The notes beneath the pieces are model-generated. The model was not told where the DNA came from. It was given only the letters and a program-made list of their open reading frames with translations, and made no database searches. A stretch of 54,693 nucleotides of DNA, filler included, from Catajapyx aquilonaris (lineage: Eukaryota), in NCBI GenBank assembly GCA_000934665.2. It is 3 parts of 3 records of this genome, joined end to end, with 100 filler letters (N's around TTAATTAATTAA, not from the genome) between each part and the next. Parts side by side here need not be neighbours in the genome. Positions count along the whole stretch, not along the records: positions 1 to 18,164 come from JYFJ02006753.1; positions 18,265 to 36,418 come from JYFJ02006754.1; 1 more part is not named here. One strand, 5' to 3'. A program made the position numbers and the translations under genes. Position 1 is the stretch's first letter. The number at the start of each line of letters is the position of its first letter. Shown here in pieces: positions 12,201 through 23,258 of this stretch.

Positions 12201-15200
12201 TTATGATGGATGTACAGTACAAAAATACCACATCGATAAGGTCAAAATTAATGCTGCAGAATGGTATTGTGAGTCCACATAATTATGCCGTGCCACATCA
12301 TCTGGCTTTTTGTTTTGTTCTTGGTAGGGCCAAGTAATCATACCTGCAGGTGTTCCCAAGATGCCAGGGTTGACGAACTCAACAATAGAATGGAACTCTT
12401 GGAGATCATTTTGAATTGGTGTCCCAGTCAAGAGAATACGCCGAATGCATTTCAGTTTGGACAAGAGCTGTAAATGGAATAGCCATAATAATCACACTAT
12501 GTTACTGGGTTATTCACTGCTGACTCTACATCATTGATTCTCAATGTGCAGCCTGTAACAGGTCATTAATGGAAACCCTGACATGTCTCGCTACAATGTG
12601 ATGTAAATAAGAAGAGCCAAACTTTTGAAAACAACTGCATGGGCTAGAGCTAAATATACAGGGTGATGGGAAACTAGCACCCAATCACCAGGTAGACTGA
12701 TAGTACTCGCAAAACTAATATAGGGATGTGGAATTAATTTTTGGCTCCATTGCGTAGTTAATGCGTACGCCGCCCTTAAAGTGTAGCGGGCCAGATGGTG
12801 GAATATGGTCAAAAACGACAAGTGCATGGGTGTCGTAACCAGATTCTTACTCTGACGGGATTTGATCGCTTTTTGCACTTGGACGATGTGTTAGGAGACC
12901 AAGGCAAGGGATTGGAGGCCCTCGAACTGACTTTTGCTTCTTAGAAGCTGGCGGAATGGACATGACGTCACGATACTTTGATGGTGGAGCCCAAAACTAA
13001 TTGCGCATCCCTAATCCCTATATTAGTTTTACGAGTACTATAAGTCTACCTGGCGATTGGGCGCGAGTTTCCCTTCACCCTGTGGACATATATTTAAAAA
13101 AATCAAATCTATTGTCTCCATCTCACACCTTGCTGTTACATGAAAATGACATGCAATCTAATTACACCATAGCATAGGTGAAACTTGATCCAACTCTAAA
13201 AACTAGCTATGCTGGAAATATTTACTGTGGATGTCTTTGCATTGATATTCTTGAGACGATGACCTTCATCACAGACGACTAAATCAGGCTTGAACTTGTC
13301 AATGTCTTCTGGATAACGTATGAACATATCATACGAAACAATGGCTACTTCAGTTAATGGATATTTCTTCAAATCTGCAGGTTTGTTGCTCTGGAATGAA
13401 TGTGGGGATGATAATGAATGATGATGGTAGTGATAATGACGACAACAACAACAAATCTCCTACCTGATCCACCACAAAAGCTGTTATCCTATGTTTGCCC
13501 AACCACTTGTCAAACTCTTGCATCCAGTTCTTAGCCAGACTGCTAGGAGTTATAATCACAATTTTAGACAATGCTGGCTTACCTCCATAAGGGCCTTGCT
13601 TCAGAAGAGTCCTGCAGTAAAATGAACAAGCTAATTTGGCCCTATATATTTTTTTAAACTGGCATAGAATGGAATCACTCAATCCGTATAAAATATTCCA
13701 CAATGAACAAGTTTCTGTTCCTTAGACAATGTTTAACTAACTAAGATATTTAAGGCAAGTTAACTCCTCACATGCAAGACCAAGTGATTACAAAAACTAA
13801 CTTTCACATGCAAGTACATTTCTCCTTTCTCAGATATCATCATGTAGACAGAAAGGGAGTTTTGTAGCATTAATTAATTAATTGGCACAATATTTTCTTT
13901 CTTATCTATTAACATCTTCCTGTAATCAACTACGTATTATGCTTTGATAGAAATAAAAGGTCAATTGAATATCTTAAAAATTTATGCTTGGCTGTGATTA
14001 TTTATCACCTGCTCAATATGTGTATTTAAAATGTAATATTCATTAATGGAAAGGTAGAGTTACCAAATGAGTGCTATGCACTGCAGGGTCTTTCCCAATC
14101 CCATCTCATCAGCTAGTATGGCGCCATGCACTTGTCCATTCATTCTAAATCCCATTATGCACTCATACAGAAACACGATGCCTTCTCTCTGGTGTGGCCT
14201 CAACTTTGAAGATAAGTAGGGGTCAACAACAACATCAACTATGGGGAAGTCTGCATTGTTGTTCTGAAATTGGTGGAAAGGGGGTGGCTGGGGCATCACA
14301 AAAGCATCGGGAGCAGAATTATTGAACAAAGGTTTGTCTCTAAGGAACTGGGATTTCTTGCTAAAGCTGGAATTCGTGGAAGGACAGATGTAGGGTCGAG
14401 TTGGTTTTGGTTTCAGTTCACTTGGTTCAGGAGCCTCTAGTAAGGTGGCACACTGTTGGAAGCACTTCCCACTTTTGAAGTTCTCTGCAGATATTGGGCC
14501 CATTATCTGTAGGCGAGAAGAAATACGTTAATAAAAATAAGGGAATTTGTCCTTCAGTTTTTCTAGCTTTATAATGATGAAATGATGGTTAACTCTGCAT
14601 TCTATTTTCTGCTATAAATAAATTGGTCCATGTGCTTGCAATACTAGAATGGATATAATTCCCCAAGTTTTGAAAACTGACCTCAACTTCCTTCCCTCCA
14701 ATTATCAACGTTTGTCCATCCTCCATCTTCTCAACTTCGGTAGACTTGTACCCACTGGCCTTACCAATCTCCTTTCCTTCCATGTCCTACCAAACAAGAG
14801 ACTGGTTATAATCCCTCACACTAGCTATCCCTGAGGCATCAACAACTGACTCACATGCAATATGGCACTGCGTCCTTTGATGACCAAGACTGCATCTCCT
14901 TCCCACTTCTTGTGCTTGCGTTTGGACAATTTGCACCAAACCACACTAAAGTACCTGAAATAATACCATTTACAAAATCACCCTGGTCAACGGTTTTTAT
15001 CACTGACTATGTGGCCCGTAAAAATGCATGTCACATGGGCCACAACTTGTTTGAGATCATTGATATGCTTTTCAAAGAATTTCTAGCTCCTTACAGATTT
15101 GAGTTACACTGTAGAAATTCCGCTGTAAAACCTACAGGTTCTCCCTCACAGCCCCAAAATTTGGAGTTGAGGAATCTTCAGCTTACCTTGCCAGCTCTGG

Positions 15201-16510
15201 TTCAATGGTTGCATTTTCATCATGAGGTTGCAGCACAGAAGGACATTGAAATGAAGGTTTCTTAACTGCAGTGCAAGGGGCTTTAAGATCGCTGTTGCCA
15301 CTTCCCTCCACACCTGGTTTCTCAAGCATGGCCAATATGGAAGCATTTGAGCGCACTTCGGTGTCGTCCTTGGATGATTTCTTTACTGTGGGTTTTGTGC
15401 TGGCACCTGGATAATGGCCTAATGTAACTAAACCATTTCATGTGTATTATAAAATATATTGCTACAGGGAATCACATTATTGGCCATCACTTGCTAGCAA
15501 AAGTGGCAGTTTATAGCAATGCTTTCTATAGGAAAGAGAATTTTGATGGAGCTGGTTGAATTTTATTAAATTGTGGTAATTAGTTATTGGATTTACTGCT
15601 TAAATAAAGAAACCAAATTGAGCTTGCAATATATTCTACTCCTGCAACACATAAACCTTTGAGGGGGAGGCGTGGTGGCCAAGCTGGTAACAGCCCGGCT
15701 TGCTGAGAGGAAGGTCCTGGGTTCGATCCCCGCCAAGGATTTCCCTTTCGCCTGCGTCAGGAGGGTAAGGAGTGCAGCAGAAACTAAAACCAAAGTGATG
15801 TGCTGAGCCATTTCATTTTCCCTTTCCTTATGCAGGAACTACCCATTTTATGCTGGGGATTGCTTCCAAAAACACAGCGATGTAAAGTGAACTGGTGTAA
15901 AAACATTTCATACACATTCAATGTGAAATGGAATAAAAAGAGTACACCTGTATAGTCTTAAAATCCCATTGTTTTAGACCTTCTGGGTAGTTTTCAAGTC
16001 ATATTGGACCATCGGAAATTCCTGGAGGGCTGATGTTAGCAGAAAAGAGAGTGCAAGTCTTCGCCAGACACATCCAGATTACAAAGTGGGAAAAGATCCA
16101 ACCAAGTGGAGGTGGGGATTTGAGCCTAGGACTTCCCACTTGGCTGGCCAAGGCAAAACCGGGTATAACCAACTGTACAATAACTAATGACTCCCCTGCC
16201 GCGGAGCACAATATAATCTGAAACATGCTGCTGTGGAGATACCTGTACTAGTGCAGAAGTGACTCCCAGCATGAGCTTCTGCCCCATTGGTGGTGTTGGC
16301 AGCAGCCGCAGCTGGTGGAGGTCGGCTGGCGAGGAAGGGAGGCACAAACTTGGCTCTCTTGAAGGGTGGCGGGCGGTGCTGAACCAGTGGGGACGACGAC
16401 GACCCTCCTGGCCCTTCCCCTTCGCCGCCGATGCTGGTGCCGCCCCCCACCAACACAGTCTGCTTGTCGAGGCAGCCGCCGACCTGGGATGGGGCCAGAG
16501 AGCGACGCAT
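6269..16510 (-). CDS. RAD54B: DNA repair and recombination protein RAD54B (SNF2-family ATPase), 14 exons
   Basis: Minus-strand exons 16510-16243, 15406-15187, 14954-14855, 14786-14682, 14506-14064, 13611-13464, 13390-13226, 12467-12344, 10918-10713, 10089-9931, 9872-9717, 8916-8790, 7053-6539 and 6346-6269; all GT-AG and phase-consistent. N-terminus [12 protein letters not shown]54B-type [23 protein letters not shown]. Helicase motifs [77 protein letters not shown]. Confidence 0.96.
7253..7882. mobile_element. Tc1/mariner-type non-autonomous element in RAD54B intron 12
   Basis: TA|CACGGGTTGTTTCATAAGTCATGGCG ... CGCCATGACTTATGAAACAACCCATG|TA; inverted arms of ~150 nt. Confidence 0.8.
9455..9686. 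mobile_element. Palindromic MITE-like element with central AACCT-type repeats, in RAD54B intron 11
   Basis: ccttactggcgtgtgggaggcgggagggt...tgtcgcaaag pairs with ctttgcgacac...accctcccacctcccgcacaccagtaagg; the spacer contains aacctaatctaaccaagcctaacct. Confidence 0.6.
10928..11037. repeat. Compound microsatellite (AAT/AAC/ATC)n next to a RAD54B splice acceptor
   Basis: Trinucleotide runs read directly from the sequence. Confidence 0.9.
12659..13082. mobile_element. Tc1/mariner-type MITE in RAD54B intron 7
   Basis: TA|CAGGGTGATGGGAAACTAGCACCCAATCACCAGGTAGACT... versus ...AGTCTACCTGGCGATTGGGCGCGAGTTTCCCTTCACCCTG; TIRs of ~70 nt. Confidence 0.8.
15704..15790 (+). mobile_element. Truncated tRNA-derived SINE head (family C)
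   Basis: Pol III A-box (tggccaagctggt) and B-box (gggttcgatccc); the same head occurs on the minus-strand SINE at 43588-43949. Confidence 0.65.
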
Positions 16511-16864
16511 CGTCTCGCCCTCGTCTGGCTTATTATTCCGAGGCCGCAGCAGTCGGCTCGCTGCTTAGACCAGGTGCCGGTATGCCCCGTGGCTCAAGGG
16601 TGTTTCTTCCCGCCAGAACCTGGATCGAAAATGGCCGCCACCTAGCTCCTCCCCACCCCCACATCCCATCCCACCTCTCCCTCCCCCACCTTTTTTTGAC
16701 ATCAGCGCCGCTTCCCGGAGTGTCCCTGAACCAATCTCCGAAGAGTGTGGCGCCTGCAATGGATTTGTTCTGGCTGCTGGCCTGCCGCCCATAATATATT
16801 TCTCTCACTATTCCTCCCGCCTGGTTGAGGTCCTACCTCGTCGACATACCGGGCATCGATCAGC
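16511..16864. promoter_or_regulatory. CpG-rich bidirectional promoter between RAD54B and the RNF212-like gene
   Basis: 354 bp separate the divergent ATGs (16510 on -, 16865 on +). The interval is GC/CpG-rich, unlike the flanking gene bodies, and has a YY1-like AAAATGGCCGCC at ~16628-16639. Confidence 0.7.
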
Positions 16865-17640
16865 ATGGAGTGGGTGCACTGCCAGAAGTGCATGGGCCGC
16901 CCTGCCCACCCAAACGACCCAGACTTCTATGTGCTCAAGTGCGGGCACATGTTTTGTGGGGGATGTCTCCAAAGAGGTAGTCATGGAGTATTCTGTATAC
17001 AACAACACCATTGCGGGAAGGATCATGGCAGAGTGATCATGGTGGAGCACTCTTTGCCAAAAGTCAGACATGTAGCAATAACAATAAGGAACAGTTAATT
17101 ATGACCAGCAAGCTCATCAGCACTCCGCTGACTTTGCTTGAAGTATAGGCCTATTACTGGAAGCAGAAATATACAGGGGTATGTGTGGGGAAGCTCTGGG
17201 GACTGAGGCAGAGATACCTACACTGACGCCGAGAAAATTAGTAATAAAAATGTGCACGTATGTGATATGTAGCTAATGCCAGGATTACAACCTGACCTGT
17301 CTATCATTATCACCAGAAATTATGCTGAAGACTCTTTGTGGTTCAGGTTGATTATGTGTTCAAAGGTTACAACTGGATTATTTCTCTGGTATGTTACAGA
17401 TAAGGCTGGTAGCGTTTTATGCCTGAGCTGCCATCTGCATTGCCCTGCACTTTCCTATGAAAAGGTACATGTCATTTGCAAACACTTGCATCAATATATT
17501 CAAGGTATGCAAGCATTTATCACCAGTTATATGATTATCTTTTGCAGGTGGGTGTGAATGAATACTTTAAAGATCCTGCAGACCTGGGTAAGCGACTTCT
17601 TCGTGTCATGAGCTACCAGAGATGCCACTGGCTTCACTTG
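16865..17640 (+). CDS. RNF212: RNF212/RNF212B (Zip3-family) RING-finger E3 ligase, N-terminal 90 aa; 3' end unresolved
   Basis: Exons 16865-16976, 17400-17464 and 17548-17640 splice to MEWVHCQKC...FYVLKCGHMFCGGCLQRDKAGSVLCLSCHLHCPAL...EYFKDPADLGKRLLRVMSYQ. This is a C3HC4 RING at the extreme N-terminus with the MxWxHC start and downstream F.DP...V..(F/Y)Q pattern typical of the RNF212 family. Donor GT at 17641, or read-through to TAA at 17656-17658. Confidence 0.78.
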
Positions 17641-18164
17641 GTAAATAAAAAAGTTTAATTTTTCCCAAGTGCCAAATGATTTTAAAACTATACTAGAAAA
17701 ACCCCCTACGCTCGAATTTTTCTATGGCGCAGGCGTAGAAGACCGCTCGCTTCGCTCACGTTTTTTTATGCCTGCGGTGGGCACCGCATTTTAAATCGCT
17801 TCCAACTTACAGCCAGTGATTATGCCCATCTCCCAATCATATGCGTACTCCTGTGGTAGCTCCCCACTGCTATCACCCATTCCTTCGTAGTGATATAGGT
17901 GAGTCCGAACTACCCTGCTGATCTGAAATCCCACCTTTGCAGTGGCTGGGAAATACGCATTTGCCAACCTTTGGCCTTGGAACAGCCTGCCTGGTTTTGA
18001 GCCCGCCTATCAGAACATGTCCTCCAACACGACATTCCAAGAATTAGCTATGTTTATAGGGTGCCAGTGTGTTCTCTCCTGACCATTTAATGCAGCGTTT
18101 CTCAAACTTTGCCACATCGGGGCCCCCTAGAAAGTAATTTCAGATTTGGCCCCCTCCCCCCAAA

Positions 18165-18263
18165 NNNNNNNNNNNNNNNNNNNNNNNNNNNNNNNNNNNN
18201 NNNNNNNNTTAATTAATTAANNNNNNNNNNNNNNNNNNNNNNNNNNNNNNNNNNNNNNNNNNN
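18165..18263. other. Assembly gap with artificial six-frame-stop linker
   Basis: N run, TTAATTAATTAA (18209-18220), N run; same design as the gap at 36419-36518. Confidence 0.95.
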
Positions 18264-18602
18264 NGAGCGCGTCCAACACCCGCATGTGACGTCACGGCGG
18301 GAGAGCGGTGATGCGCATTCGGACGCGCCAGTTGAGCCCAGGTAGGGTTAAGGAATACGCTTCTTTGCAGGGCCTGTTTCCGTGGTAATGCAATCGACAA
18401 CAATCAGTCATTGATGATATTATGAAACTATTGATATTGCTGAATGTCATTGTTGCCATGGTAATGTAATCAACAACTGTTATAGCCATACTAGGTTACA
18501 TTTTCCTAGCATCCCATAATTATGGAGAACGACCATTTTATCGCAAACAAGCATTCAGAAAAATGTTTTTCTCAATTGTTGTGTTTTGGGAACTAAAATT
18601 GG

Positions 18603-18800
18603 TACTTTTACGTTTGCTGAGAGCCACTATGCATATTTTCTGGAACAGGCCTACCCTTTGTTATAGTCAACAATCCACCTTTCACATTTTTATGGAGTAA
18701 ACAGTGTCAACAATGACTGCATTTCCATGGAGTAATAATAAAGGGTAGACCTGTTCCAGAAAATATGCATCATAGTGCCTCTCAGCAAATGGAGAAGTAC
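18603..18800. mobile_element. Hairpin MITE-like element
   Basis: tttgctgagagccactatgcatattttctggaacaggcctacccttt pairs with aaagggtagacctgttccagaaaatatgcat...cctctcagcaaa. Confidence 0.65.
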
Positions 18801-19011
18801 TGTAATATGAACTAATAAAAACAAAAAGAGGTCAAATATTCAACAAAAATTTTCCCCAGCATGTCTGGGCTAATATAAGAATCTTGAACTGATTTTGCTC
18901 TTCCATGGATCTTGAAAAATGTTTTATTTCATTTTAAAAGGCGCAAGGAGTTGCATGTTTGCTGTGTGAGAGCCACTGAAACAGCAGCTTTATCGTTCAT
19001 TCTCACTGCAG

Positions 19012-20212
19012 GCTGATGAGGTGGAGAACTCTGGCGGTCTTCCTGATGAGATCCTCCTCATGATTTTCTCACACCTGTGCCAACAAGACCTGGTACTGGG
19101 GGCTGGTCTAGTGTGTACTAGATGGAACAGTGTAGCACAGGATGCATCACTTTGGAAGGAAGTAGTTCTAGATGGAAGGTTCGTAACTCTGGAGAGAGCA
19201 GGAGAGCTGATTCGATCCATGCACCATCTCAGGAGAGTCCGACTGGTCCGATGGAAGAAACCTCAGGTGGACCAAATCCTGGGCCTTGTTGCGGACTTGT
19301 GTCCCAGCTTGGAATTGCTGGATCTTAATCATTGCTGTGTTGGTTCGTGCAAGCCACTTCAGCATGTGGCCCGAAGGTGAGTTGTCCTCATTGGTTATGA
19401 TACCTTCATTGATGATGTCAGACTGATTATCTCTGTTCCCTTTCATTTTTCGTAGGTGTGCAGAAATTAAGGAGCTGAAACTAATGTTCGTGCATATAAT
19501 GCACTGCAACCATCATCCTTTAGATGCATTTGCACATAGTAGTAATCTTGAGAAGGTCTCACTGCAGTTCACTCATCAAGGCTTGGTGCTTGACAATCTC
19601 CTGGAAAGGAATTGGTCTAAACTGACAAATGTGGAATTGCACCATTCCATTCATTCTTCTGATAAGGAGTTACAGGTTGTGTGTGCTGGTGCAGCTGGAC
19701 GTATTCAAAAACTCAGCATTGGTCTCTTGGATCATCCTGAATCATTGCAGCTTCTCAACCAGTGTCGTCAGCTGGAAGATCTGGCACTACTATGGCTCTC
19801 AGGGGCGCAATTGTGCCGCCTTGAGGAGGGTATCAGTACATTACAAAACCTCCGCCGCCTTGAATTGGTGATGTATAGTAAGGCCACAATAGGTGATATT
19901 AAGTCTTTCTTTTCTGCAGAGCAGGTCGTTAGGAAACTGGAGTGCCTGAAGATTTCCTACTTCAGTTATCTAAAGGACCAGCACCTCTCTCTTATCGCAT
20001 CAAACTGTCCCAAGCTCACCAGAATTTCTTTGACAATGTGTCCCAAAATCACAGAGAATGGGCTGGTCAAATTACTGTCGAAATGCCAAAAACTCAAGTT
20101 GGTTGAACTGGATGACCATTTGTACCAAAAGCTTTATGCCAAACCACAGAGTGAGATTAACAAGCATTTTCCCGGAGTTGTTGTCCCAGAGTGCGCATGC
20201 AGGTGGGGATAA
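19012..20212 (+). CDS. F-box/leucine-rich-repeat (FBXL-type) protein; start exon unresolved
   Basis: Exons 19012-19376 and 19456-20212 give 373 aa. F-box LPDEILLMIFSHLCQQDLVLGAGLVCTRWNSVAQDASLW followed by LRR units (LCPSLELLDLNHC; NCPKLTRISLTMCPKITENGL). Phase-0 acceptor at 19009-19011 and no ATG before the F-box in this exon. AATAAA at 20656-20661. Confidence 0.88.
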
Positions 20213-20749
20213 AACAAAGCTTATCGTGCCCCTCAAAGATAGTGGGCAGATGTTTTGTTCTGATTGGGTTATTTAATAACATTATTGATTTTCATTTATT
20301 ATTTTATCCCCTCATGTCTCCAGGAAGTTGAGTTAACTCATATGTTCCTGTGCCTACTCTCAACTTGTTTCTGTTGGAAAGTTGTAAAGTTCTAATCATT
20401 GAATACTGTTGACAAGAAGTGTGAGTTAAGCTCCACTTGGAAGAGAAATTGAGCGCAATAGTACTGTAATAGGACTTGTTACAAGTGTAATAGCCCAGTT
20501 CCTGTTTCCTTAATTTAATACTTTGTGTAGGCAGCTTATTATTTTTATTTGTATTATTTTTATTTTTATTTTTATTTAAGGACACAGTCGAGAAAGACAT
20601 CTTTCCTCATCCAATTTAAACTGGGAGGAAATTTTGTGTGTATTAAATCTCAGTGAATAAAGCATGCAGCGGAAGTGTCTCATGAGCCAAGAGGCACTTT
20701 GGGTTAAAATAACTTGTATTGATTGTGTAAAAAGAACATGATTTATTAA

Positions 20750-21609
20750 CCCTAAGAAGACGGGCTTATCATAGGCTGATATGGTGGCTTTAAAAAATTC
20801 TGCTGGCAAAACTATAGCGTTTTCCCACTATGTAACATGGTTTCTGTGTGGCTTTTTAAATTTTCTCTCACGTAAAAAATCGCGAGTTTTGGACTACAAA
20901 ATCTTGCATAAATAAACCGGATTAACCAGATTAACTTGAATGAAATCATCTTTTTGCGGCCGCTGAAAAAAAAACCTTCAAAAAAGAAAGAAGAATCCGA
21001 CCTTGGCCGGCAAATTTTTGGCATACATAGTTGCCCCCAAACCTCCTCAAGAGATTCCACCCTAAAATTAGTGCAAAAAATAATTCGATAGCTTTAAAAT
21101 AAATAAATAATGTTCATAAATGCCAATTAGCTGCTGGCGGGCCACTGCGCAACTCCTGGCCGGCCTCTGTCAGGATGGAGGGGTGCATGCCCCGAGGGGG
21201 TTTTTGAACAGCTGTGGAGCGTGGTAGGTTTACACTCGGTTGGGGGGTGAATGTTCGTCTCTCTTGCTGGCATGCCTGTCCAGTGATGTAATTCATGTCA
21301 TGTGCTTATGTACTGCTTTGTTCAGCTGTGCCAAGGCTACATACCCATATACTTTTTGTCAAGCAGGCAGAGTGACAAAAAATTTGAGTAGGCGCGAAAC
21401 ATACCCCTTGCGCCACCTTGTTGCGCATTTAAGAATTTACATCTCCGTATGGTATGAGAGGAGGGTCACGTAGATGGCCTCAGGATCAAGCCTGGACACT
21501 AGACGACCTTATTCACTAGTGTATTTACGTCTCGTCCCCCAAGTGACAAAGCAAGCGAATTTTTTGCGGATCCTTGCAAAACTGCGAAAAACCACCCGTC
21601 TTATTAGGG
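20750..21609. mobile_element. Non-autonomous piggyBac-type element (860 bp)
   Basis: TTAA|CCCTAAGAAGACGGG ... CCCGTCTTATTAGGG|TTAA: 15-nt TIR (14/15 match), CCC...GGG termini, TTAA TSD at 20746-20749 and 21610-21613. Confidence 0.88.
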
Positions 21610-21810
21610 TTAAGGTTTTATTCATTTACTTAATTTAGAATTAATACGGAGACCTTTTAACCTTACTTGGGACCAATGATAATACAAACTGATTTTCCAT
21701 ACTTGAAATCTAATGAATATTGTCCACAAAACATGGCTTGGAAAGGGTGAAAATTGATAATAGCTATTCCCTTGTTCAGTGTTGGTGCATATGTTAGGCT
21801 GATGGTCTTA

Positions 21811-23258
21811 GGGCTGGTTGTATCAACATGAGTTAAATTAGGAGAAAATCAGAGGTTTTGGAACCGGAGGTTTTCAGAAAACTCCGACATCCGTTGCACC
21901 AACAAATCTCAGGTGAACTTAACCGGTGCACAGTGTGTCCAAACGGGGAAATGCTTGGACAAAAATGGCTTCCATTCCGCGCGGATTTGTCACGAAGGTC
22001 ATGATATTCCTCTGATTTTCAAGATGAAAAGTAGTGAATTTCACAAGTTTCCCTTTGAATGACACATCAAACGAATGACTAGACTCCCCTGTTATAGATT
22101 CACTTAGTTTTAAGTGCACACAATTGCAACTTTTGTCGGGGTAGCATGACAAATGCTGCCTCCTTTTTGGAAAAAATGTGGGATTATGTGGGATTGAAAC
22201 GAAGTGAGTCTATAACTAGGGAGTCTAGTCTTTCATTTAATGTGTGATTTGAAATGAAATATTGTGAAATCCGTTACTTTTCGTCTTTGAAATCAAATCA
22301 TTGACGTGACAAATACGGGGGATGGAGGCCTCAAGAAAGGACCGCCTGGCACTTATACTTCAAGGTCACATTCAAATTGTTACATGAGAGTAAGTAGTAC
22401 TTAGCCAGAGGTATTTTATGCACAGTTTAAAATCCGGATGAGCCTGAATTTGGAAATGCAGTGACCTTTCTTCCATGACCATTCGAAGCCGACTGAATAG
22501 ACACAAAAAGGTGGCAGGCGAACAGTCGACTTGAGTACCTGCCTGGCATAAAACGCATCTCAATTGAACCTACCAAGGGTTCTTTTTATTATTGTTCAGA
22601 CATTAATTTATTACATTCGGGCAGATTTGACATGACTCTGCCAACTTGGTTTTACCATTTTTGTCCAAGTGTTCTCGCGTTTGGACACACTGTGCGGTGG
22701 TTTGAAAACTTCTTCGATTACCTCAGGGCCCCTTCCAAGTTCGTCAGTCGCGGTGACCCATTGGCTGGATGTCACGTGACCCAGTCAACATTGCGAACAT
22801 GGTAGCCACCCTAGACAAGGAAGCCGCCATGTTTGACATTGGTGCCGGCTGGTTACCATGGTCACAAACCTCAGAAGTGTTCTATCTTCTGGGCGAAAAA
22901 AACCTGCCGTGCCCCCCAAACCTTTCCAGCCCTTTCCCGGGGCAGTGTCACCCCGATGTCATTCATAAGTGTACCCCCGCTCCTTTGTGCCGGCACCGGC
23001 TACAATTTCGGAGGTATTCCGTGCCTATTACCTGATAATACAACCAAAAACTACTATATAAGTCGAAATACGGCCGCGTTCGAACGAGAAAACCTCAAGT
23101 TTTCCTTCTTAACCCGCCAAAATCGGGAGGTTAAAGTTCACCCGAGTGTTAACAGCAGGTTTTCGAAAACATGCATTGATACAAGTTTGTTGTTAATCAC
23201 GGGTTTTCTGCCTAGTAACCACAAGTTTAGAGAAAATTTGCGTTGATACAACCGGCCC
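21811..23258. mobile_element. PIF/Harbinger-type MITE inserted in the hAT MITE
   Basis: TTA|GGGCTGGTTGTATCAAC ... GTTGATACAACCGGCCC|TTA: 17-nt TIR (16/17 match) and 3-bp TTA TSD (21808-21810, 23259-23261). Confidence 0.85.
21929..22694. mobile_element. Non-autonomous Transib/RAG-like element with 23-RSS-like TIRs
   Basis: Both ends read CACAGTG-23 nt-ACAAAAATG (left 21929-21967; right 22694-22656 on the minus strand). Perfect 5-bp TSD CGGTG (21924-21928, 22695-22699). No transposase ORF inside. Confidence 0.88.

Noticed and set aside
6269..16510. Nested FSBP-like gene, as found within vertebrate RAD54B
   Set aside because: No Myb/SANT-like ORF is recognisable in any intron.
16033..17071. 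Many overlapping ORFs around the RAD54B/RNF212 promoter
   Set aside because: Expected by-products of GC-rich sequence; only RAD54B exon 1 and the RING exon have recognisable motifs.
21929..22694. A real V(D)J-like antigen-receptor locus
   Set aside because: The signals face inward as TIRs with a TSD, both spacers are 23 nt (no 12/23 pair), and the flanks are MITE sequence rather than Ig/TCR segments.
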